DNA from: Verrucomicrobiota bacterium
Lineage (GTDB): Bacteria > Verrucomicrobiota > Verrucomicrobiia > Limisphaerales > AAA164-E04
NCBI GenBank assembly: GCA_047947115.1
Contig: CP170459.1
Coordinates: forward strand, 2,944,001-3,008,000
Length of the DNA: 64,000 bases
Reading direction: 5' to 3'
The notes beneath the pieces are model-generated. The model made no database searches and had not been told where the DNA came from. It saw nothing but the letters and a program-made list of their open reading frames with translations. This document shows positions 1-9,398 of the stretch, piece after piece. How positions within the stretch are numbered: the first letter of the stretch is position 1; the number at the start of each line of letters is the position of its first letter. The position numbers and the translations under genes are program-made.

Positions 1-322
1 ATCCCTGCCGAATGTCTCCTGGGATCACAGTGGGACCCGACGAGCCACCCAGTGCCAGTTGTGCGAGAGAGTCGAGTCGGAGGCCGCCTTTTTGAGTTTC
101 GGGGCCGTGGCAATCGACGCAGGACCGGTCGAAGATCGGTTGAATGGATGCCGCAAAATCTTCATCCGCCCGGATCTCCACTCCTGTGAACAGGATCCAG
201 ACAAACAGGCACCATGCCGGCGCCAGCCTGTTCGTCGTGTTGATGATCCAGCGGTCTGATCCAATCAGATTCACCGAGTACCGGGTCAGTTGGCTGGGCG
301 TGGATTGCATGGGGAGCATCAT
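1..322 (-). CDS. Planctomycete cytochrome c (PSCyt1) domain protein, 5' part only (runs off window start)
   Basis: Manual translation of the minus strand from ATG 322 (or 310) is open to the edge: hydrophobic leader then DFAASIQPIFDRSCVDCHGPETQKGGLRLDS...GGSSGPTVIPG, with a CxxCH heme motif in a PSCyt1 context. Absent from the ORF track because it has no stop in the window. Confidence 0.85.
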   Translation of the reverse strand, partial: MMLPMQSTPSQLTRYSVNLIGSDRWIINTTNRLAPAWCLFVWILFTGVEIRADEDFAASIQPIFDRSCVDCHGPETQKGGLRLDSLAQLALGGSSGPTVIPGDIRQG

Positions 323-381
323 GCGTAATTGGGTCCCAATCGTCAACTCAACTCATATTCTCCCAATCTTGGGGGGGCATG

Positions 382-425
382 AAAAACGCCGCCTCCCATC
401 ACTCAAGGGAAGCGGCGTTCTTTTC
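382..425 (-). terminator. Intrinsic terminator downstream of the CvpA-like gene
   Basis: Stem AACGCCGC-CTCCC / GGGAA-GCGGCGTT flanked by AAAAA on the left (U-tract on minus strand) and TTTT on the right. Confidence 0.7.
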
Positions 426-457
426 TAGAGAAGCCAAGGGGTAATTTGGCCTAAAGA

Positions 458-1834
458 CTACCAGACACGTTTGAATACCAGCGTCATGCGTTTTAAGGTG
501 ATGTAAGCGCGGTGGTTCTTTTTCACAACCACATCGCTCTTATCATTGCTTCCCCGATCGGAAATGGTGTAGCGACCTCTTGAGACGTTTTCCCACTGGG
601 CGCCTTCGGTGAATTCGGGAGTGTAAGTGGGTTTTGCGGCCTGTTGTTGTTGCTGTCTTTGCTGTTGAGCTGCCGCAGCCGCGCCTGGTGCACCACCTTG
701 GGGAAAGTAGCGTGAATCCATACCTCCATACGGATCATCGAATGCAGGCTCTTCCTGGGGTGCTTCTTCGGGTTCAGCCTGTTGAGGACCTGAGACCGTC
801 AATGTTTTGTCGGGATAAACGATCATGGTTGTTCCGGCGAACACGTTGCCCGCAATCTCTTTCATGATGCGTATCTGAGCACTCTTGGTGAGTTGCTTGC
901 CTCCGGGTGAGATCGATGTGTCGAGTTGAGTCGTCAGGATGTTCTTTTTGAAATAATTGATGGTGGCGTTGACATCAAGTTCCCAACGACCGAGCAGCAA
1001 TTCGTCTGCATACTTGGGAGATTCCCCTGTTTCCAAGTAGGTTTGCAGGTCATCCAAATCGGTGGAGAGCAGGCGGTCGGACAGGTTGGGATCACTCATG
1101 ATTTTCTGGGAAATGGGGTGTGGGAAGATTTCCTGAAGACTGGCTTGCTGGACCAGAAGGCTGTGGTAGGCGTCATCGCTGGCCAGCTCTTCAATGGTTG
1201 CATCGTTCCCAAATTTCAGCAGGGATGGGTAATTGCGGTAACGCACCTCGAGCAGGGGGTTCTTATGGGACAAACCAAGGACATCGGACACCTTGAAATA
1301 TTTTTCGGGGACCGAGGTGATGCTGCGTGCGATTTTCCCCATGCCGGAGCTTTCCAGACCGTTGGCCAGACCATTGAGTTGGGCTAGCATGCCGGTATCG
1401 CTTTCGGTTGCGACTTGGGTAGTGAAATATCCAGCCACATAGACGAGCATGCCCAACAGGATGGTGTAAACGCCTCCAACCATCAAGCCGAGCGCTGCAC
1501 CGGAGCGTTTGTTCATACGTTCCCAAGTCAGGCGGGTCACTTCATCCGCGCCATACTTGTAGTATTGGCTGACCTTGTAATGAACGAAAAAGCCGATGCC
1601 GATGAAGATGAGTCCCACCACGAAAAAGGCGGTGATGGGGGGCAGGACCGCCAGCCAAACGAGGTTGGTCACTCCTGAAGCCGTGTAGATAGGGGTCATC
1701 AGGGGGGCCAGTGGTTTTGCGGCCACCAGACCGATGAACAAGCCTGCCAGCGACAAAGACATTCGAATGGCCCCTTTGAGGTAACCAATTCCAGCGAAGA
1801 TTAATAACAATAGTATAGCAACTAACCAGATCAT
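458..1834 (-). CDS. CvpA (colicin V production) family membrane protein with long soluble C-terminal extension
   Basis: N-terminal TM helices with GYLKGAIRMSLSLAGLFIGL and NKRSGAALGLMVG patterns typical of CvpA; start moved to ATG 1834 (MIWLVAILL). Confidence 0.7.
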   Translation of the reverse strand: MIWLVAILLLLIFAGIGYLKGAIRMSLSLAGLFIGLVAAKPLAPLMTPIYTASGVTNLVWLAVLPPITAFFVVGLIFIGIGFFVHYKVSQYYKYGADEVTRLTWERMNKRSGAALGLMVGGVYTILLGMLVYVAGYFTTQVATESDTGMLAQLNGLANGLESSGMGKIARSITSVPEKYFKVSDVLGLSHKNPLLEVRYRNYPSLLKFGNDATIEELASDDAYHSLLVQQASLQEIFPHPISQKIMSDPNLSDRLLSTDLDDLQTYLETGESPKYADELLLGRWELDVNATINYFKKNILTTQLDTSISPGGKQLTKSAQIRIMKEIAGNVFAGTTMIVYPDKTLTVSGPQQAEPEEAPQEEPAFDDPYGGMDSRYFPQGGAPGAAAAAQQQRQQQQQAAKPTYTPEFTEGAQWENVSRGRYTISDRGSNDKSDVVVKKNHRAYITLKRMTLVFKRVW

Positions 1835-2144
1835 AACATTAGTAAAGGTTATCAGCAGAGCCAAACTCACCCCATTGACTCAAACTGCAAGAGATGCCCG
1901 TAATTTAGGCGTCTTCAAGTGAATAACAAGACCAAAAAACCTTTGTTCGGTGATGATCTACCATTTTCCTTAGAGACATTTCTCCTTCGTTGATAGGTTT
2001 TAGCATGTTTCACGCCAAATAATCAAAGAAATGGATGCGTTTTTTTGATTTTGTCTTGCGACGGCATTGGCGCAGTGAAATGATGACCTCTCATTTGCCT
2101 AATTTCGTGTAAAACCGCCTATTTGGATCAAACACAAGCATTGT

Positions 2145-3266
2145 ATGAGCAAGGAAACGACTGCAACCGCATCGGAAAAGAGCACACGCCTCGTCAGCCT
2201 CGACGCGTTGAGGGGTTTTGACATGTTTTGGATCGTGGGTGCGGAGGAGGTGATTCACGCCCTGGGGAACTCCAACAAATCCAGTTGGGCCCAGTTCCTC
2301 GTGAATCAACTATCGCACAAAGAATGGGAGGGTCTTGCTTTTTACGATTGTATCTTCCCTTTGTTTGTCTTTTTGGCCGGTGTTTCCATCGTGTTCAGTT
2401 TGACCCGATCCATTCAGGAGAAAGGCAAGGGCTCCACGCTCCGCAAGGTCTTCACCCGCTCCCTTATTCTTTATTTACTGGGGATCTTTTATTATGGCGG
2501 TCTTTCCGAGGGGGTGGATCAGATTCGGCTGCTGGGAGTGCTGCAGAGGATAGCTCTTTGTTATTTATTTGCTGCGCTCATCTTTTGCTTTACCGGGTTG
2601 AAAGGGCGCATTGCCGCTTTGGTGATCCTCCTGGGTGGTTATTGGGCGGTGATGACCTTTATTCCTGTTCCCGGAGTAGGCGCCGGGAATTTCGAAGAAG
2701 GGAAAAATCTTGCGAACTACGTGGATAAAATGTATCTGCCGCTTTTCAAATGGAATGGAGATCATGATCCGGAGGGCTTGCTCAGCACTTTGCCGGCCAT
2801 CGGATCCTGCCTACTGGGCGTGTTGGCGGGAATGGTGTTGCATCGCAAGGAGGGTTCAGCTGTTCAGAAGACAGGGATCCTTGCCGGCTTGGGGATATTG
2901 TGCCTCGTTCTGGGTTATGCCTGGAGCTTCCAGTTTCCAATCATTAAGAACATCTGGACCTCTTCTTTTGTGTTGGTTGCAGGCGGGTTCAGCTTTCTGG
3001 CTTTGGCTCTCTTTTATTTTGTGATTGATGTCCTCAAATTTCATCATTGGTGCTGGCCGTTTGTGTGGATTGGCATGAATCCCATTGCTGTTTATATGGC
3101 GTTCAAGTTGCTGGACTTTCATGACATAGCCGATCGACTTGTTGGTGGTCCTGTCAAAGGCGCTTTAGGGAACTACGCCGAGGTTCTGGTGCTTGCGGTG
3201 GTGACTGCTCTGAGTTTTGGGTTCGTCTGGGCGCTTCATCGGAGGCGGTGGTATTTGAAAGTTTGA
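2145..3266 (+). CDS. DUF5009 / heparan-alpha-glucosaminide N-acetyltransferase-like (NagX-like) membrane protein
   Basis: RLVSLDALRGFDMFWI, D.IFPLFVFLAG, GVLQRIALCY, DPEGLLSTLPAI, PIIKNIWTSSFVL, GMNPI motifs. Confidence 0.85.
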   Translation: MSKETTATASEKSTRLVSLDALRGFDMFWIVGAEEVIHALGNSNKSSWAQFLVNQLSHKEWEGLAFYDCIFPLFVFLAGVSIVFSLTRSIQEKGKGSTLRKVFTRSLILYLLGIFYYGGLSEGVDQIRLLGVLQRIALCYLFAALIFCFTGLKGRIAALVILLGGYWAVMTFIPVPGVGAGNFEEGKNLANYVDKMYLPLFKWNGDHDPEGLLSTLPAIGSCLLGVLAGMVLHRKEGSAVQKTGILAGLGILCLVLGYAWSFQFPIIKNIWTSSFVLVAGGFSFLALALFYFVIDVLKFHHWCWPFVWIGMNPIAVYMAFKLLDFHDIADRLVGGPVKGALGNYAEVLVLAVVTALSFGFVWALHRRRWYLKV

Positions 3267-3317
3267 TGGAAAAATCCCCTTGGCAGAGGCGGAGGTGGAA
3301 TTCATATTGGCGCACAG

Positions 3318-4106
3318 ATGATGTTTAAATGGACTAAACGATTGATTGTTCTCTTCATACTTTTGGGTGTTGCCGCTTATTTCGGCGTGGCCAAGAGTGT
3401 GAACTCCCTGGTGAAAACAGGTGTCGAGAAGGGTGGTACGCATCTCATGGAAGTGCCGGTCACTCTGGCGGATGCCACAGTGTCCCTGACATCGGGGGGC
3501 GGTTCGCTCTCCGGACTGCGCATTCCGAATCCCGAAGGATTCAAATCCGAAAGTGCCATCACGGTTGGAAACGCAGCCATTTCCCTGAAACCCGGTTCAT
3601 TGATGTCCTCCAAAGTGGTGATTCACCAGCTCAAAGTGGAACAGCCGGCCATCACTTACGAACGCACCTTGTCCACCAGCAATCTGGATAAGATCATGGA
3701 AACCATTCAGTCCAAAGTGCCGGAATCGGATGAAAACGCGGAAGAAGCCCGGTTTCAAATCGATGATCTCCAGATTTTGCAGGCGAGTGTCAAACTCAGC
3801 GCCTCGGCTCTTGGCGGCAAGGGAATGCAATTTACTCTGCCCGATATCGTCCTAAAAGACCTCGGGAAAGATGGGCCGGGCCTGACCGCTGCGGAATTGA
3901 CCAAAACCATCATGGGGGAGGTGCTGTCTGGAGTCCTTGGAAAAGTCGCCGGATCCGGGGTGGGCGGTATTGCCGATGCTTTGAAAGGCGCATTCAGCCA
4001 GGATGGCGGAGCCACGGAAGATGGCGCCGCATCCAAAGCCGAGGGGATGTTGAACAACGTCAAGTCTCTCTTTAATACTTCGAAATCCGATTCCTCCGGG
4101 GAATAA
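3318..4106 (+). CDS. AsmA/DUF748-like membrane-anchored protein
   Basis: N-terminal TM anchor, LSGLRIPNPEGF motif, beta-rich body, LPDIVLKDLG. Confidence 0.6.
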   Translation: MMFKWTKRLIVLFILLGVAAYFGVAKSVNSLVKTGVEKGGTHLMEVPVTLADATVSLTSGGGSLSGLRIPNPEGFKSESAITVGNAAISLKPGSLMSSKVVIHQLKVEQPAITYERTLSTSNLDKIMETIQSKVPESDENAEEARFQIDDLQILQASVKLSASALGGKGMQFTLPDIVLKDLGKDGPGLTAAELTKTIMGEVLSGVLGKVAGSGVGGIADALKGAFSQDGGATEDGAASKAEGMLNNVKSLFNTSKSDSSGE

Positions 4107-4146
4107 TTTTCCGGTGTGGAACAAACCCAGACTTCATCATAACGAC

Positions 4147-4860
4147 ATGACCAAAAATGCCATTGTCACCGGCGCCGGAACGGGCGTTGGACGTCATATT
4201 GCCATTCTGCTTGCCAAGGCGGGTTGGAATCTCACCCTTACCGGGCGCACACAAGGGACGCTTGAGGAAACGAGGCAACTGGCGGGAGTGGATGATTCCA
4301 CGTCTCAGTTGGTGATCGGTAGCGTTGCCGATGAGTCTTTCGTTGGAGAACTGGTGGAACAAGCGGAATCAAAGTTCGGTCCGACCGAGGTTCTGGTGAA
4401 TTCCGCAGGCACCAACACGCCAAATCGCACCCTCGAAGTGCTTTCTCAGGAAGATTACCACGATTTGATCAATACCAACCTGCACGGCAGTTACTACGCC
4501 ATTCAGGCAGTTTTGCCGGGGATGCGACAGGCCAAGTCCGGCACCATAGTAAACATCGTTTCGGATGCGTCACTCTGGGGCATGCCTTTGGCGGGAGCGG
4601 CTTACACGATATCCAAATTCGGATTGCGCGGATTGACCCAGACCATCAATGCCGAAGAAAACAAAAACGGCATCCGGGCTTGTGGTATCCTTCCGGGTGA
4701 GATCGACACTCCCATCCTCAAGCTGCGTCCCAGCGAACCCACGGCGGAACATCGCGCAAGTATGTTACGACCTGAAGATGTGGCTCAATGCGCCATGTTG
4801 GCCATCGAATTGCCGTCCCGTGCGGTGGTTCAGGAGTTGTTGGTGAGACCTTGTCGTTGA
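4147..4860 (+). CDS. SDR family oxidoreductase
   Basis: TGAGTGVG Rossmann motif, VNSAG, YTISK catalytic YxxxK, PGEIDT. Confidence 0.9.
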   Translation: MTKNAIVTGAGTGVGRHIAILLAKAGWNLTLTGRTQGTLEETRQLAGVDDSTSQLVIGSVADESFVGELVEQAESKFGPTEVLVNSAGTNTPNRTLEVLSQEDYHDLINTNLHGSYYAIQAVLPGMRQAKSGTIVNIVSDASLWGMPLAGAAYTISKFGLRGLTQTINAEENKNGIRACGILPGEIDTPILKLRPSEPTAEHRASMLRPEDVAQCAMLAIELPSRAVVQELLVRPCR

Positions 4861-4885
4861 GTTGGACAGTGTTCCCGGAAGTTCA

Positions 4886-5245
4886 ATGAATCCTCATCGT
4901 ATACGTCAGTGGGCTGCGGCCTTTGGTTTCCTGGCCGTATTGCTGGGAGCTTTTGGGGCTCATGGTCTGGAATCAAGATTGACGGAGCTGGACCGCGTCG
5001 AGACGTGGGAGACCGCTGTGTTTTATCATTTTGTCCATGCACTTGCGCTGCTTGGCTTGTCATTGATGCCTCGACCGTCGAAGGGAGCCGCCTATGGGTT
5101 CATTATCGGGATACTGATTTTCTCCGGAAGCCTTTACGTGCTTTCCCTGACCGGCATTACAAAACTGGGTGCGATCACTCCCATTGGTGGATTGTCGATG
5201 ATGTTGGGGTGGGCTTGCTTGTTTTTGAACAAGGCGGAGTCCTGA
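4886..5245 (+). CDS. DUF423 (YgdD/TMEM256) membrane protein
   Basis: LGAFGAHGL, WETAVFYHFVHALAL, IFSGSLY, GAITPIGG. Confidence 0.9.
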   Translation: MNPHRIRQWAAAFGFLAVLLGAFGAHGLESRLTELDRVETWETAVFYHFVHALALLGLSLMPRPSKGAAYGFIIGILIFSGSLYVLSLTGITKLGAITPIGGLSMMLGWACLFLNKAES

Positions 5246-5377
5246 ACCGTATTCAGCTGCTTGTCCGCAGTATTCCCATTTCAATTGTAAAAGGAATGCC
5301 TTTACTCCATGCTGCCGATGCGTATGGAGGTTTTGTTGTTCGATTTTTTTCGGAAGGATCGTCACACGGTTCTTTCC

Positions 5378-8300
5378 ATGAAACGCATCCGGTGCGGTTT
5401 ATTTCCGGTATGGGTCGCCTTCCTATGTTTGATACAATCCTCCGACCTGGCCGCACAGCCTGTTCCGAAAATTGTGGGCGGTCGTGAAACCGAATCGGAA
5501 TGGCCCTGGATGGCGGCTTTGATTCAAAGCCGCTTCGACGTTCCGGCTGACGGGGCGTTTTGTGGCGGTTCCCTGATTCACCCCCAATGGGTGTTGACCG
5601 CTGCGCACTGTGTGGGGAGGCAATTCGGTTTAGGGTTGCTTGATCCCGAGGACCTTCATGTGGTGGTTGGGAGTCATGATCTCGATAACCAGGGGCAGGG
5701 GATGCGGATACCGGTATTGGAGATCATCGTTCATCCCGATTACAATGGGGATGTTACCCGCACCGGGAATGATCTTGCCCTGCTGCTGCTGGCCTGGCCT
5801 GTGGACGATGCGCAGCCTGTCACCTTGTTGGATGACCCTGAAAAGCCGCTTGAGAACGTTCTGGCCACCTCAATAGGTTGGGGGGTTGTTTCCACTGAAC
5901 CCGGTGTTGAAAAACCCTCGAAATTGCGCGAGGCAAGTTATCCGATTGTTTCCAACGCATCAGCAAACGAAGCCCGGGCTTATGATGGCTCATTGAGGTC
6001 ATCCATGTTGCCGGCTGGTTATCCGAAAGGGCGTGTCAGTTCCTGTTATGGTGACAGCGGGGGGCCGCTGATGATTCAGGATCCCGGAACCGGTGAGTGG
6101 TTGCAGGTTGGGATTGTCAGTTTTGGTCATGACTGTGCAACACCTTTTTCGTATGGAATATATACGCGGGTGACATCTTTCGTTTCCTGGATTTATCAAC
6201 ACATTTATCCCTCCTTTGCCGCCTGGAGTGATCGCTACGGGGTGCGGGGATTGCCTGAGGATGCTGACCATGACGGGTGGAGCCATTTCCAGGAATTTGC
6301 CTTTGGCTCTGACCCTGTCAACGCCGATTCCATACCTCGAATCGCAGCTCAATGGGTGCCCTTGCCGGATGACTCGGGCGCTGAGTTGCTGTTGGGTATC
6401 AAGGCGCCTCTGCCCGGACGTTTCGTGGATTACCGTTTTTTGGAATCGGAAGATCTTGAATCATGGCATGCCGTTGAACCCATGAGCGTGCAAGGGGCAT
6501 TGTCAGAGAGAGGTTCTGGTGTGTTTGATCTTTCTGTTTCACTGGGGGGAGCTGGCTCCGGCAAGAGCAGTCGGTTTTATCAGGTGCAACCCGTGTTTGC
6601 CCAGGCTGCTCAGGCTTTTGCACTGGATCTTGCCTTGGGTTACTCGGTGAACGGCACCGTGTCCAATGCGTTTCGAGAGCCTGATTCCGTTGATCCGCTC
6701 TTGGCCGGAAGAATGGTCAGGCGTTATCGCTTGAAAAGCGAACCTGGTCGGACGACTTTCCGCCTCCGGGTTTCTTCGAAGGATTTCTTACCGGGACTGG
6801 ATGTTTACCATCCGATTACGAACCAGTTGCTGGTCACTCATCACCCGAGCGAGCCTGTGCAGGATGTGGTCTTGACCGTGGATGATTTGGGCGTCAGCGA
6901 CCTGATGGTTTCCGTAGTATCACTAGATGGACGAGAAGGAGGATTTGAATTGGTTTCCTGGTTGATGCCAGCCGAGCGGATTGAGCCAGGCCAAACCATT
7001 TCGAGCATGCTCGTTGAAAACGATCCGCTCACCAGCAATCCGTATGGAGATCATTTGCAGACAGATTCCTACCTGCTCTCCAATGTAGCGCCTGGTCAGG
7101 CTCTGGAAATTCATGCCACCAGCGTGCCAATAGACATTGCGCTGGTCATTCTGGATGCGGAGACGGGGAAAATCGTAGCCGAAGACGATGATTCGGGGGA
7201 GGGATTGAATGCCGCTCTTATTTTGGAAACTGAGAGCGAGGGACAGGCCTGGATCGTGCAAGTGACGACTTCAGGCTGGCATGATCTCGGGCTTTATGAG
7301 TTGGAGATATCACCCTATGACGGCGTTGCACTTCTGGATCGGACCAAGTTATCCGGGACACTGAGTCCGGGTGATCGGGTTGAGGGGGTGATTGATGCGG
7401 ATGATGAGCGGTTTCTGGACGATTTTGGTGAAATCCTCATTGCCGATGTTTACGATTTGACTGGTGTTGAAGGGGGGCAGTTACTGACCATCGAGTTGAG
7501 TTCAGATGATTTTGACGCTTATCTTCAGTTGGTGGACGCCTTCACTTCTCAAATTATCGAATACAATGACGACCATGGGTTGACGTCCCATTCCAGAATC
7601 GACTACCACGTGCCTCGCGGCGGATTGGAGGAGCCGGCGAGGATTATCGTGAGCGGATCTGACCAGGCTGATCGTGGTCATTACACACTGCGAGTGGAGC
7701 AGGCGGATGTGCCGACCCAGTTGACCGCTCCGACGACTCGTATTGCAATCGGAGAGGTGATTGAGGGAGAGCTTGATTATGGTGATAATACCCATTTCGA
7801 CGCCTATACAGGTATTCAGCCTGCGGATTATTATCTGTTGGAAGTGCCCAAGGAGGGAGTTGATGTGGAGATCCGTTTGCGATCTTCAGATTTTGATGCT
7901 CACCTTGCCTTGTTGGATGCCGAATTGGGTATTCATATCGCTGTAAATGACGATGGAGAGGATGGTGGTCCCAATGCCTTGATTGAGTATTCATTTGAGG
8001 CTTCGGAGGATGTTTATGATGTTTTGATCGAAGTCAGTTCCGTCTTTGCGGAAGATCTGGGTGATTACCAGTTGAGTGTTCAAAAGGGGGCAAAGCAAGC
8101 GCCAATAGATACTGAAAATGAGGTTCGGCTTTTGGAAATGCAGTCCAAAGTGGCGGGAGCGGTCATTTTGGGATCGGATCGATTGCCGGGCGGATTGCTG
8201 GGGCATCAGTATCGGGTGGAGATGACGCGATCGGTCACCCGGTGGTCTGTTGTGCTGGAAAGCTCCCAGTTTGACACGTGGTTGGGGCTGAGCGAGTCAC

Positions 8301-8860
8301 GTGATGGGCACTTCATTATTGAGAATGACTTTTATGAGGTCGGGACCGGGGCTTTTGATGTCGACCGGTCGCGACTGGATTTCTTTTCAGGACCCGAAAT
8401 CGATCCCTTGTTTCTCTGGGTGTCCTCGTTCTTCGAGGATGAGACAGGTGAATACGGGTTGTCCGTGGATGCCCATGTGCTGCCATTGATTCGAATAGGT
8501 AAGGAGATTGAAGGGAACTTGAGCACCGCGTCCATGAAAGATCCCTATTACCAGGTCTACGGTGGTGAGTTTTTTGCTGAGGATTATGCTCTGGACAGTG
8601 TGGCCGAGCCGAATCCTTTGAGAGTGACCATCACTAGTGAATCTTTTCTGCCCGAATGTTATCTGATGATTCCTCCGACTCAGGAAACGGTTGCATGGAG
8701 TTTGCCCGAGGGTTCGGAAGGGAATCAGGCTAGCTTTCTGTTTACGCCTCAAGAAGGCATGTCATATGTCCTTCGTGTTACCTCGGTTCAGGAAAATCAG
8801 ACTGGTGATTACAGGGTTTTAATCCAGGGTGACGGCGCTTCAAAAGGGCAGATTGAGTAA
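5378..8860 (+). CDS. Secreted S1 (trypsin/chymotrypsin-fold) serine protease with six C-terminal PPC-like domains
   Basis: Signal peptide, IVGG mature N-terminus, CGGSLIHPQWVLTAAHC, NDLALL and GDSGGP triad motifs; then repeated G..I.G.L..D...D.Y / FDAYL.L / NDD / G.Y.L.V units. ORF-track start is 5309. Confidence 0.92.
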   Translation: MKRIRCGLFPVWVAFLCLIQSSDLAAQPVPKIVGGRETESEWPWMAALIQSRFDVPADGAFCGGSLIHPQWVLTAAHCVGRQFGLGLLDPEDLHVVVGSHDLDNQGQGMRIPVLEIIVHPDYNGDVTRTGNDLALLLLAWPVDDAQPVTLLDDPEKPLENVLATSIGWGVVSTEPGVEKPSKLREASYPIVSNASANEARAYDGSLRSSMLPAGYPKGRVSSCYGDSGGPLMIQDPGTGEWLQVGIVSFGHDCATPFSYGIYTRVTSFVSWIYQHIYPSFAAWSDRYGVRGLPEDADHDGWSHFQEFAFGSDPVNADSIPRIAAQWVPLPDDSGAELLLGIKAPLPGRFVDYRFLESEDLESWHAVEPMSVQGALSERGSGVFDLSVSLGGAGSGKSSRFYQVQPVFAQAAQAFALDLALGYSVNGTVSNAFREPDSVDPLLAGRMVRRYRLKSEPGRTTFRLRVSSKDFLPGLDVYHPITNQLLVTHHPSEPVQDVVLTVDDLGVSDLMVSVVSLDGREGGFELVSWLMPAERIEPGQTISSMLVENDPLTSNPYGDHLQTDSYLLSNVAPGQALEIHATSVPIDIALVILDAETGKIVAEDDDSGEGLNAALILETESEGQAWIVQVTTSGWHDLGLYELEISPYDGVALLDRTKLSGTLSPGDRVEGVIDADDERFLDDFGEILIADVYDLTGVEGGQLLTIELSSDDFDAYLQLVDAFTSQIIEYNDDHGLTSHSRIDYHVPRGGLEEPARIIVSGSDQADRGHYTLRVEQADVPTQLTAPTTRIAIGEVIEGELDYGDNTHFDAYTGIQPADYYLLEVPKEGVDVEIRLRSSDFDAHLALLDAELGIHIAVNDDGEDGGPNALIEYSFEASEDVYDVLIEVSSVFAEDLGDYQLSVQKGAKQAPIDTENEVRLLEMQSKVAGAVILGSDRLPGGLLGHQYRVEMTRSVTRWSVVLESSQFDTWLGLSESRDGHFIIENDFYEVGTGAFDVDRSRLDFFSGPEIDPLFLWVSSFFEDETGEYGLSVDAHVLPLIRIGKEIEGNLSTASMKDPYYQVYGGEFFAEDYALDSVAEPNPLRVTITSESFLPECYLMIPPTQETVAWSLPEGSEGNQASFLFTPQEGMSYVLRVTSVQENQTGDYRVLIQGDGASKGQIE

Positions 8861-8889
8861 TGCCAATTGATTGATTGCAGGATTCATTT

Positions 8890-8938
8890 AAAAAAAAATC
8901 GAAAAACACTTGCATGGAATTTTGACCATGACTATGGT
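8890..8938 (+). promoter_or_regulatory. Sigma70-type promoter of tRNA-Lys with A-rich UP-like element
   Basis: TTGCAT (8910-8915) - 17 bp - TATGGT (8933-8938), preceded by A-tracts, about 50 bp upstream of the tRNA. Confidence 0.6.
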
Positions 8939-8987
8939 TCGTCCTCCTTTGCTAAAAGGGCACCGATCGCGTATCGCGAAATTTGGG

Positions 8988-9063
8988 GGGCTGGTAGCTC
9001 AGTTGGTAGAGCAGCGGCCTTTTAAGCCGTTTGTCCAGGGTTCGAGTCCCTGCCAGCCTACCA
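8988..9063 (+). tRNA. tRNA-Lys (anticodon TTT)
   Basis: 76 nt; acceptor GGGCTGG/CCAGCCT + ACCA, D-arm AGCTCAGTTGGTAGAGC, anticodon arm GCGGC-CTTTTAA-GCCGT, T-loop GGTTCGAGTCC. Confidence 0.97.
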
Positions 9064-9398
9064 TTTATTTGGTGGCATCCCCCACATCACCATTGGTGAG
9101 TCGGTCTGTATCTTCACTCACTCTGTCATTTTGCTTTTCTTACACATTTTCCTTTTATCCTGAATTGTCATGATTTTGTCACCCTTGGGTTCTAGGGGGG
9201 GGCGGTATCTGTTTTTTTATGGAGGACACAGCCGATAAAATGGCGAGTTGGCAAAATTTGGTTTCAATAAGCCAAGATGTGTATAAAAGTTTGATAATAT
9301 ATAGTTTTCACTAATAAATTTAATATAAAATTTTATTGTGACGTCCGTCGGATGGAGTATCTTTGAGGTAGAGTGAAACCTCAAAGAGTGGAAACCAT

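Noticed and set aside
8988..9063. tRNA-Lys as the attachment site of an integrated island
   Set aside because: No integrase nearby and no duplicate of the tRNA 3' end noticed by eye; only the AT-rich leader is suggestive
8910..9173. 87-aa ORF spanning the tRNA
   Set aside because: It is a translation of the tRNA and its promoter
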